From: Callorhinchus milii
Taxonomy: Eukaryota
Direction of reading: 5' to 3'
Assembly (NCBI RefSeq): GCF_018977255.1
Contig: NW_024704743.1
Span: forward strand, 24,926,001 to 24,990,000
Length of the DNA: 64,000 bases
A model generated the notes under the pieces. The model ran no database searches, had not been told where the DNA came from, and saw only the letters and a list, made by a program, of their open reading frames with translations. This document shows, one piece after another, positions 12,637 to 23,381 of this stretch; within the stretch, counting starts at the first letter, position 1; every line of letters begins with the position of its first letter. The translations under genes and the position numbers were made by a program.

Positions 12637-13426
12637 GCTAAGGAACTCTTAATTAGCATTTTTTTCTGTCTCAGGAGAGAATTGAAGAATCCTGTGTATG
12701 CCAGTTAATAGGAATGATGTGTATGCGTTTTAAAGGTAACATTAGCTCTGGCACGATTTATTAGAAGTTTCTGTATAGAAATTTGGGGGATAATGAAAAT
12801 CTTTTGCTTATCATTGAAATTGATTTCTTCCAACCTGTTCCTTCCTATAGGAAAAGAGCTTTCTTCTATCAGCAGCAATGTTAATGCACTAGCAAGAAAA
12901 CACAGCTTTGGTTTACATTTCTGATGTACTTAAAAAAGGATTGTATAAATCTTTCTAAAAAGCAGTAGGCATTCCTGCTTTAATTCATTTTTTTAAAAAA
13001 AGTGATGGATGGAATGGGGGCTCCGGGAATTATATTCATGTGTCTGTACCCACTATTACATTGATGTAATATGTATTGTATTTTCTTGTCCAAGCTCAGT
13101 ACGTTAACTGGATTTTCTTGGTGCATGTTCAGATTGCAGTCAGCATTCTGCGCAATATATGTTGACTGAATGATTGAAAGGTTTGTCTCCCTCCCCCACC
13201 CCCCAGGCTTTTAAGCTGTAGTTTGCCTGAAATCTAACCCGCATTCTTACCTATTGGAATCACTTTGCAACACATGGAGAAAAATGTGCAGTTTATATTT
13301 TAAACCAAAGACTAATTGGTATTTGTAATTGGTAAAATCAGGCTTGTAAAATGTATCTACTTTATATAAAAGAAAGTTCACTACTGGCATAGTGGTTATA
13401 TTCTGAATTTGGCCAAATGTATTTCT

Positions 13427-14033
13427 ATTAAAGATTGTTTATTTTTATGAATTTCTGATACCTTAACAGGATTGAAAACAAATTATGCATTTAAATGAAA
13501 ATTTTAACTTAAAATTTATAATTTATTAGTATTGGATTGGTATAGATCAAAACAGGATGTTTTGAACTGTTCTGGGATGTGGGTCACAACTAAAGTAGTA
13601 TTTGATAAAGAATGAAGTGAAGAAAAAATGTATTTCATTAATGATATTTAATAATTGGTGACACTATGTTGTGCTGTTAAACTTGTGTTCTCTCTGCATG
13701 ACTATTGTTTGCATGTCCAGCACATATTTCATGATCAAGAAGCTAAAAATATTACGTGGGTGAAAACTTGCCTTGCTGTTCCTGCCACATACTGTACTGT
13801 AGCGAATCTGACAGGCAAAGCTGAGAGTGTTTATCGGACAGCTGGTATCGACTTCTACCTCCTATTTCAGAGTTTTGATACTATTCTGATCAAATGCAAG
13901 TCAATACAACTTGTGAAATATGGGAAGAATTAGTAGAATGTGCAGAATTACAGAAAAGACAATTGCAGGCTACCTGTCTGGTTCCCAAACTTCCATTCAC
14001 CACAAAAACAATGTATATATTTTTTCTAATAAA
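13427..14033 (+). terminator. Candidate CAPN7 polyadenylation signals (ATTAAA 13427-13432, AATAAA 14028-14033)
   Basis: The hexamers lie in the AT-rich, repeat-free region after the stop codon, each preceded by TGTA. Usage cannot be verified from sequence alone. Confidence 0.45.
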
Positions 14034-14363
14034 TCCTGAATTCAGTCTTTTCTATGAAGGGGAATGTATCCATACTCAACTGTTTAAAATACACAAATGC
14101 ATACTCTTGGTACAAAAAAAAATAATTTGTTTCTCAAATCTGTTACTTTGTAAAATAAGTTTATATATTGTCTCATCACAAGCTGTGTAAAGATTTAAGA
14201 CAACTAAAGATTCATTTTTTAAAAGTTCTAAAGATTAATGGTGTAATCCTGAAATTTAGAAAAACAGTAATCTGCAATAAATAGCAGAATGCTTGATATG
14301 CTCAGTAGGGGTATCAGCCTGTGGAAGAGAAAAATAGGTTAGTGTTTCTACTGAGACCCTTAC

Positions 14364-14696
14364 AATAATAATAATAATAATAATCCTTGCATTTGATATA
14401 GCGCTTTTCACGTCGGGAGGACGTCCCAAAGCGCTTCACAGAACACACTGTAAAGTGAATTGACTGTATATTTGTGGGCGAACGCGGCAGCCAATTGCGC
14501 ACAGCAATGTCCCACAAACAGTCGTAGATTGAAAATGACCAATTTATTATTATTTTGTTTTTTTGGAGGGATTATTATTAGGCTCTGTGTGGAGTAAGGA
14601 AACTTGCCCAAGGTTTCGCCCTGACCTGCCTGGAATTGAACTCAGGTCTCTCACTTGCAAAGCGAGTGCTCTAACCACTGAGCTACAGGACTCCAC
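14364..14696 (-). mobile_element. Full-length young tRNA-Ala-derived SINE (same family as 17716-18041)
   Basis: Near-identical reverse complement of the 17716-18041 copy. Confidence 0.88.
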
Positions 14697-15059
14697 AACC
14701 ATGTGCACTTACCGGCCAGCTGCAATGAATCGCGGGAAACATAGTCTTGAACCATTGCCTGATGCGCAAAAGAACTTCCATTTCCTGCGATTCAATGCTT
14801 GCTGGTAAGTGGGCATGCTCCAACGGGTAAGATGCACTGAAATCAGGAAACGTAGCCTTGACTCGTCACATGCACACTTACCGGCTCCAATGACGAGGTA
14901 CCACATGCACACTTACCGGCTGCATTAAATTACTCATGCGCCGTGCAGATTATTGATTAGATCGTACTTATTCGATTTGTAGTTTGCCCACAATTTGGAT
15001 TTCAAAAAGGACCCTTATCAGATCCCTGCTGATCATCAAGCTGTGCATTCGCAGCAAGT

Positions 15060-15071
15060 TTTATTTTTATT
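15060..15071 (-). terminator. Tandem AATAAA hexamers, candidate distal SH3BP5 polyadenylation signal
   Basis: The minus strand reads tgtAATAAAAATAAAac. It lies 2.2 kb past the stop and beyond a SINE, so the real 3' end may be more proximal. Confidence 0.35.
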
Positions 15072-17245
15072 ACAGAATCCTGGTATCAGCACTCACAAAA
15101 TCTTCAGAGTATTGATCTGGATCCTCTTCTACACAGAGTCCCTTATGCCTAGGGGACATTTGTATTGCTTCTGAATAAGCCAAACACAAGTACTTAATCA
15201 TGATGTGCTTAATCAATGGTAAGTTACGGTCAACAAAATCTTGTTGGCCTTACTCATCTACAACAAAACCTTGTTTATCTGCAATTCAGCTGAAGTTGTA
15301 CTTCGACAATTTGGGTTAGCGTTCGAGCTTTTAAACCAATTACAATCCTTGCTCAGTTGGTAGCTTTCACTGCTGAGTCAGAAGGTTATGGATTCAACAT
15401 CCATGTCAGGACTTTGAACTTTCCATTAGCAAGTGCTGCATTGTTGCGTGGGGGGGTCACCATTTGGATGAGATATTAAATAAAAGTCCTGTCTGCCTGT
15501 TCAGGGGACATAGAAGATTCCCTGATACTCCTTGAAAGAGAAGGTTGTTTTGCCTGCTAATCTGGACAACAATTCCCCCATATAAAATTGATCATTCACC
15601 ACATGGCTAGTAAATTGGCTACCGCATTTGCTACAGAATTCAGTCACTAAATTTTACAATAAATCCTGTGAAATACATTGAGGCATCCTCCTATCTCTTT
15701 ATGCAGAGGTTAATTACCAACTGGAACATGTTGCCAGGAAGGATAGTTGAGGCCAGGACACTGGACTTGTATCTTGATGCTGTGATTGATGGTGCTGGGG
15801 GGATGGGTGGGTATTCTGGAAGGATGAGAGCAGATGGGTTAAAGCATCTTCTTCATCCTCGTCAATCTTGTGACATTATCAAACTCAAGGATTATAAAAC
15901 ACTGCTGTTGATGAATCACAATATCATTCTGGCCTTTGCAGCATTTCTTCAATTTTTCTACATGTATATAAAAACACAAGAACCGTGGTGAGCTGCATCT
16001 GTATTCAGAATATTCAGACATACAAGCTTGGTTTGGAAATTACAGTACATAAAAAATAGTCAAAGCACCATACATAAATTGTTTTGTAATACCAAAACGT
16101 ATATAAAATACTAGCTTAAATTTCTAAGTGCTACACATACATATTACAGAACTATCCTAAAACACAAAATAAGGCATGCAGGCTACGACTGGCTACTTTA
16201 TACACATGAAATATGTAAAAGTAGCATTGGCACAACAGGTTTGAGTCTCTACTGTAATAAGTTATTGTAGCAATACTGACAAAAGGTTTTCCAATTTGAT
16301 TACATCTCATTGCAATCCTTGCTCAAGGCAGCTGACCTGTTCGCACAAACAAAATGCATGATACACAGCAGTAAAGATCTGTAAATGCCTGTAGTAATAC
16401 AGATATATGACTGGCCAAAAAATCTAGCTCAACGGATTAAAAAGGCAGAAATATCATAAGCAACCACCCAATTTCTTCAATCTGGGTAGTCACCTTCAGC
16501 TTCTGTTCTACACAAGAAAAATTCAGACGAATGATTTAAGTCACAGACCCGAGAGCTTGGTACTAGGTTAGCTACTCATCAGTGTAAGCTACTAAGGATA
16601 GCATACAAAGTTACACACAGGAAATGAAGTGCTTCTGCTGGGTCCGTTGTTTGCTCTTTTATATTTGGAAGTTCTTGCAGATGATTGGAAGAATGGAAAT
16701 ATCGTCAAGGTCTTTTTTCAGTGGGAACCAAAATTAAAGACTGTCATCAACATTGATCCAAATTCTTAATGAAGACTGCAGCCCCAACCCACTGGGAAGT
16801 TGGCAATGTCAAAAGCATATACAGTATTGTTCTCAACACAGTGGTGCACATAACCAACACAATGTGAAGCAGCACAAAGATCTCTGCTGAACTCTACTTG
16901 TGCACTTTAAATAGATCTTCGCTCATGGAATGAAAGAGAGACAGTTCACCTCGAGTTTAGCAATACTAATTGGCTACAAGTACTTTCATTATAGTCTGAA
17001 AGCAGACTGATAAGTATAAACATGGTTAATGTTCCATTGCAGATTTTATACTTTCAAAACAAAAGTTCCCGTCAGCAATCCCAAACTGCTCATGTAGCTT
17101 TTTTCCTGGTATTACAAAGACCACTTCGGCTTTTCTGGAAACTTTCTAGTGATTTACACTCTAACCAAAAAGGCCAAACCAGTATCTTCGGATCAACAAA
17201 GTAAGTTCCTCGGCATATTTAGGGCAAGCTTTGTATTCCCAACAT

Positions 17246-17424
17246 TTAACATGCTGGTGACTGAGCCAATCCGTGGACTTCCATTTTTGCAATTTTCTTT
17301 TCCTTGGACTCCCCACGTTTTACCGAAAGTTGTGTTATTTTAATTTGTAGAGTTGTTTCTTCAATGGTCTTTTTTTTAATCTGTTTGTCCTTTATTTCAT
17401 TCTCAGCGCCTTCTGCTCGGTCCC
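17246..17424 (-). CDS. SH3BP5: SH3BP5 last coding exon (GDRAEGAENEIKDKQIKKKTIEETTLQIKITQLSVKRGESKEKKIAKMEVHGLAQSPAC*)
   Basis: acacag acceptor, conserved GDRAEGAEN, TAA at 17248-17246. Confidence 0.92.
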
Positions 17425-17715
17425 CTGTGTAAAGATTAAATTAAATGATCACATTATTCTGAAGGGAGGCTCTTATAGGACAGCTTTAACCTGTTTGTCA
17501 ATGACAACACTTCAATGGCTGATTCAATGGGATTGTTCACCAACAAATAACAACAGATTACAGAATGTTATAGTGGGGATCACTGTTCAATCTTCCTTCT
17601 CTCTCAACATCAGTGGTTACTTTTAAAACCTTTTTCATCTCTCTGATGTATTGTCAGAGAAACTGCGCTTTTTTTTTGGTCAGCCGGGTGTCTTGACATG
17701 CGGAAACCCATCATC

Positions 17716-18041
17716 GTGGAGTCCTGTAGCTCAGTGGTTAGAGCACTCGCTTTGCAAGCGAGAGACCTGAGTTCAATTCCAGGCAGGTCAGGGCGAAACC
17801 TTGGGCAAGTTTCCTTACTCCACACGCCTAATAATAATCCCTCCAAAAACCCCAAACAATAATTAAATTGGTCATTTTCAATCTACGACTGTTTGTGGGA
17901 CATTGCTGTGCGCAATTGGCTGCCGCGTTCGCCCACAAATATACAGTCAATTCACTTTACAGTGTGTTCTGTGAAGCGCATTGGGACGTCCTCCTGACGT
18001 GAAAAGCGGTATATCAAATGCAAGGATTATTATTATTATTA
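17716..18041 (+). mobile_element. Full-length young tRNA-Ala-derived SINE with L2-type 3' tail
   Basis: Pol III A box TAGCTCAGTGG and B box GAGTTCAATTCC. Anticodon arm CTCGC-TTTGCAA-GCGAG (anticodon TGC), no acceptor stem. Tail reads ttgggacgtcctcc...gcaagg(att)n. Confidence 0.88.
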
Positions 18042-18722
18042 ATGTGCACTCTCTCCCTGGAGGGACACATCCCGCTTACCTAATTCCGGAAAGTATTAGT
18101 TGCAGGTTGGCAAGAGCCAAAGTTTGGGGACCCCAGAGTTTGGGTTGGGGTACTGCTGGAGTCTAACCAGCTAAAACCGCATAGCTTGCCTTTGATAGCA
18201 CTGTTTGGCAAGCTTTCCCGCTGCTTGTCCAGCTAGGACCACCCTAACTGTTAGGCTTTAGCTTGCAGGGTAAACAGATGAGTGGGATGATTCTCCCCCA
18301 ATGATGAGCCAGGTTGCCGGTGCTGTCATCAGCAGTGCCCTGGAGTATTGCGGACCTGCCTGGCTCAGGAACTGGACTACTGAGACCGCCACAGAAGTCT
18401 GACTGAATTCCGACATTCTGCTGCCAAACATGTCACCTTGGAGCCAGGTCAGCTCCAAGGAGACCCTGCTTACTCCCCCACCCCCCCCACCCGCCATCCA
18501 CCAAGGTGAATAACAGCAGTGTCCTTTCAAACAGGTTGTTTCTCCCTAACACACTACACTAGTCACAATACTTTAAAGTGAAATCCTGTGATAAGTCCTC
18601 CCAATGTGATGGTACTATATGAAATGCAAGGGTTGTTATTGTTACAATCTATGAACGAATGTGAAACTGCTTCATATAGACTTCAGTGTTACTGTTCTGA
18701 ATTAATTGGCAGTGTCCCTCAC

Positions 18723-18965
18723 CTCGTTCAACATCACATTCAGGAGACGATGCGCCACTACATTCACTACGGGGTCCCAGAGCAGTGGAGCTTAGTGTGA
18801 AGTCAGAGAGAGACTCGGGACTCTGCAGCGTTACTGGAGGATAAGAGCTGGGCACATCCACAGGACTGGTTGAGCAGGAACTCAAGCTGGACTCAGATTG
18901 GGTCTCTGAATCCTCTTCAGAGATGTTGCTGCTGCAGTTATCATCCTCAAACACTTCAGATGTCA
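18723..18965 (-). CDS. SH3BP5: SH3BP5 coding exon 8 (LTSEVFEDDNCSSNISEEDSETQSES...LGPRSECSGASSPECDVER)
   Basis: ttgcag acceptor and gtgagg donor. 243 nt, phase 1-1. LGPRSECSGASSPEC is conserved. Confidence 0.95.
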
Positions 18966-19429
18966 CTGCAAATGAATTAAGAGACATCATTGCACACACT
19001 TAATAGTAATTGGCTTAAATTCATTACAAAATCAATGGCCAAATGTTCTTCAGCCTTATTAAATTGGAGAACTTCATTCATTCGAAAGTCAAATTACATT
19101 TCTAATCAGGAGTAAGTTACTGAAAGAACTGCTTTCTAAAATGCTTGAATTTTATGGATTGTGAAAAACATTAGCCCCAAAAGCAGAAGTTGGAGAATCA
19201 ATTGGGATGTTTAAACGGGATAGGTACGTAGCTGAGAAGTATAGGAATTAAGGAAAATAGAGAAAAGGCAGCGAAGTAAAAGATATGCCATTTTATCTGA
19301 ATGGTGCAATATTTATGTAATAAAAGGACAGAAGTAGCTAAATGAGCTCATTCCTGTTTTACTGGATCAAAATTACAGTATTAAACACATTTAGTTTCTT
19401 ATTTGTGGAATGTGGTTTGAAATTCCTCT

Positions 19430-20275
19430 AAGCAGTGATAGGACCGAGACTCTCCTGACTGGCTCCCGTCAGTTGTTTCTCCACAACTCAGTTGCTGACA
19501 GCATCACCATCCATGGCTGCACGCTCCACCTTACTAAACCAGTCTGGAACCTTGGGGTCTTGTTTGACCCTCAACTATCCTTTCTACCCCACATCTGCAC
19601 CATGACCCGCTCTGCCTTTCCCCACCTCCGCAACGTTGCCCGGCTCCACCACTGTCTCACACCGCAGGCTGCCAAAGCCCTCATATACGCATTCATAACA
19701 TCCAGGCTTGACTACGCAAACTCCCTGCTTGTCGCCTCCCCAACTCTTCCCCTGACAGGCTTCAGATCATCCAGAACTATGCAGCCAGTTTCCTCTCCCA
19801 CACCAGGCTCCTTGACCCTCTCACCCCCATTCTCGCCCGACTCCACTGGCTTCCCATCACACAGTTCAAGATCCTGGTCCTCACCTTCAAAGCCCTCCAT
19901 GGCCTTGCTGCCCCTACCTCTGCGACCTCCTAACCCCGTACCATCCTGCTCGCTCCCTCCGTTTAGCGAGCTCCAGTCTGCTTCATGTCCCCCGCCTTGC
20001 CCGCCCCACCATTGGCAGGCAGGCCTTCTGCCCCTCTGACCCCTCCCTCTGGAACTCCATTCCGCAGTCCCTCCGCCTTCCCCCTCCCTTGCCTCCTTCA
20101 AGGCCCATCTCAAGACCCTCCTCTTCAACCGTTCTTTCAATCACTCTGCTTCCTCCCCTGCTCTCCACCCTTCCCAATCCCAACCCCCAGCTCGGGTCCA
20201 AACACTAACAGTCCAGCGCCTTGGGACATCCTCCCGACCTGAAAGGCACTATACAAATGTAATTTTGTTATTGTA
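19430..20275 (+). mobile_element. L2 LINE 3' fragment (decayed ORF2 C-terminus and 3' UTR)
   Basis: Translation contains NLGVLFDPQLSF and FITSRLDYANSLL, typical of L2 ORF2. Ends with ccagcgccttgggacatcctcccga...(ttg)n. Confidence 0.85.
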
Positions 20276-23223
20276 GCACTTGAAACCGCTGAAAAGCCTC
20301 GGAGGTACCATCTCGGATTCCAATTTAGCCAGGATCATTTATGAGGCCTTTTTGAACTTATTTACCTCTGGAATTCCATCCCCAATCACTCCGCCTCGCC
20401 CCCTCCTTAGCCTCCTTCAAGTTCCGCCTCAAAACCCTCCTTTTCGACCATACCATCGGTCACCCCCCTTCCCCACTCCTCCCTTCCTGACCCCAGCTCG
20501 GGTCTGAAAAGCTGTACACTGTCCAGCACCTTGGGATGTCCTCCCAATGTGAAAGGCGCTATACAAATGTAATCTTGTTGTTGTTATTCAGGGGACACTA
20601 TCCTATCATAATGTGAGTTAGAATTCAATGTAAGTTAGGACATTAACTCAGAGACTAAGCCCTGAGAGGCGACTATTTGAACTTGCAAATGGCAATGGTC
20701 TCACCACAATCCTTAGGTTCACACAAGCTATGTTCTGTGATCAGCTAGAATCAGCCCACAAGACATCAGCGTGTATCCTGCTATGAGCTAAAACGTCCAG
20801 ATGATTAATAGCATTTCCAGACAGCACTCTGTGTCGAGTGATGATAAAAGTGGCCTTTGTTGCATAGCCATGTCAGATTTTGTTTCATATAAAACATGTT
20901 TTTGCCCTGAGAACATACTGAGATTTTCAGATCTACACATTACAGATGTGTGCAGAATTCTCAGATGCTGTTTGACCATCGTTTCAATTAAGCTTCACTA
21001 CTTCCCTTGACTTTCCCACAAACAAGTGTTCTTCCTCATTATCAAAGCTTGCACGTTAGATTTCAAAATTCCTCTCAGCCAGCAGGCAGTTTGTGGCTTG
21101 CATGGCATATAAAGGAAGAGAGAAAAAGGGAAGGATTTCACAATAATAATAATAATAATACTGATACTAATCCTACATTCAGTATAGCGCCTTTCACGTC
21201 AGGACATCCCAAAGCACTTCACTGGATATACTGTGAAGTGCAGTGACTGTTTTGTGGGTGAAATCGGCAGCCAATTTCTGCACAGCAATATCCCACAAAC
21301 ATGAAGTGAGTGACCAATTTTTATTTGGGGGATTGTTGGCATGGACACCAGGAGAAACTCCCATCCCTTTGCGAATAGGACCATGGGATCTTTAACATCC
21401 ACCTGAACAAACAGGGCCACAGTTTAACATCTCATCCTAGTCTCCCAACAATGCAGCACTGCATTGAAGTGTCAGGCAGTGAATCAAATGCAGAGATCAT
21501 TAACTTAAGCAAACAACAACAAATTAACTCCCAAATGCCACATTATGAGGCCTAGGCCTCAGTTCATGAATTCGACTCAGAGTATACCCCCAGCACTGCA
21601 CTGGAATGTTAGCTCAGACTATATGAGTCCAAATCCTGATGTAGGGCTTGAACTTTCTGACTCAGAGGAAAGAGTGCTCCTAACTAAACCAGGGTAACAC
21701 AAAAAACATAACACATGTTACTGTGATTTTTTTCTTTAAAAAATGTCATGGCTGGAATAGAATATTTCCTTATTACAATTCCTTCAGTTGCTCTAAAGGA
21801 GGACACGCATCAGATTAGATGAACTTGACACATGTCCTCTGCATTCCCCCCAAAACATACCTAAAGCTCAAAATGAGCAGAAAACCAAAATGCCTTTTCC
21901 AACACCAGCCATCCTTATGGATTGGCTCAGATTGTCCAGTTTATTAACAATTGAGTCTATTTCTGCTCATCTACCAGAAATTGGGTTAAAATTGCTCAAT
22001 TTCAACTCATCAAGGACTGTCATAGCTAATATACTGTAGAGGGAATTTCATACCATTAGACCGGGCTGATTGTGAGCTCATGTTGTTGAGCAGAAGAAGT
22101 GTGGTAACTGAAAGCACCACCCAATCCCTGACTGAACAAAACCATGGCAACCTTTCCTTAATACTTAAAAGCCAAAACTGAATATAATGGCACATGATCT
22201 TTAAAGTAATGAGACTTTAGATCTTTTGCAAAAGTGGTCTATTATGTACCGATTGCTTAAAAAAGGGATCGTTTCAATCCTTTTTGATCCCTATTTGATT
22301 TTCTCATGACCCATTTTGTGCTGCATATAGAATGAGCCTATTACTTCGCTATGGCACAAAGTTAATTATAGAGCAGTCGTTCATGGACCCATGAGTTTGG
22401 TCGTCAGTTTTCCTACGTGTCCAGTCATAACTTCCTGAAATGTTAGCAGTGGCAATTGTTTCAGGAACTGATGCAAGCTGCACTTCCTGCATGCTCTGCA
22501 ACATACACAGCACGCAGGAATTGGTGTTGTGCCAGCTGTTTTGACTTTGTGGCATTATAACACAATATTTATATGCTTATGAACCTGAAACAAGATCTTA
22601 TAAAGAGGTTCTCATGTACTTGTTTAATTTAATATTTGCTAAGTTACACAATTTACACTAGTTGCTCAGTTAAAAGCTTCATATGTCAGCCCAGCTCAGT
22701 TATTAGCTCGCTCACTTCTGAGTCAGAAGGTTGTGGGTTTCACGCTCATGTCAGCATTTTGAGCTCACAGTCGAAGTTGACACGAATGCGGTGCTGGGGT
22801 TGCGCTGCTTTGTCGAAGGTGCAGTCCTTCGAATGCAATGTTAAACTAAGTCCCATCCGGCTGTTCAGATGGATCCTAAATATCCCAAGACACTACTCAA
22901 AAAGAGAAGGGAGTTTCACCCAGAATCCTGTCCAATACAACAACAACAACAAGATTCCATTTATAGAGCGCCTTTCACATCGGGAGGACGTCCCAAGGCA
23001 CTGCACAGTTGGGTCAGGACCCGAGCAGGGGGGAAATGGTCAGGGTGAGGGGAGGGAAGGGAGGGAGGGAGCGAGGAGGGGGTAGAGAGTCGAGAGGGGA
23101 GCTGAAGGCACGGTCAAAGAGAAAGGTCTTGAGACCGGCCTTGAAGGAGGAAAGGGAGGAGGCGGCGAAGGCACTGGGGGATAGAGTTCCAGAGCCAAAT
23201 AATCCACCAAATAAAATTTGTCA

Positions 23224-23381
23224 AAAGGCCATATACTGCAAATGCTGGAAATCTGAAATAAAACAGAAGTCACTGGAATACTCAGGCAGCATCTATGGAG
23301 AGAGGAAAATGGTTTAACGTTTTACTCACTTTCCTCTCTCCCTAGATGCTGTCTGATCTGCTGAGCGTTCTAACCATGTCT
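23224..23381. mobile_element. Second palindromic element of the same family, centre deleted
   Basis: Same arms (atactgcaaatgctggaaatctgaaataaaacagaag...ggcagcatctatggagag / ctagatgctgtctgatctgctgag). Flanked by the 15-bp direct repeat AAATAAAATT(T/G)GTCA. Confidence 0.7.

Noticed and set aside
14276..14281. AATAAA as the CAPN7 poly(A) signal
   Set aside because: It lies inside a relic arm of the palindromic repeat family, and better candidates exist upstream. It cannot be fully excluded.
14700..14921. CRISPR-like repeat-spacer array
   Set aside because: Vertebrate DNA, mixed repeat orientation, irregular spacing, 17-bp units and no cas genes.
17718..17790. tRNA-Ala(TGC) gene (also at 14620-14694)
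   Set aside because: The acceptor stem cannot form and the sequence runs straight into a SINE body and tail. It is a SINE head.
19410..20242. 209-aa ORF and overlapping Pro/Gly-rich ORFs
   Set aside because: Frameshifted L2 ORF2 remnant and its C-rich 3' UTR, not a host gene.
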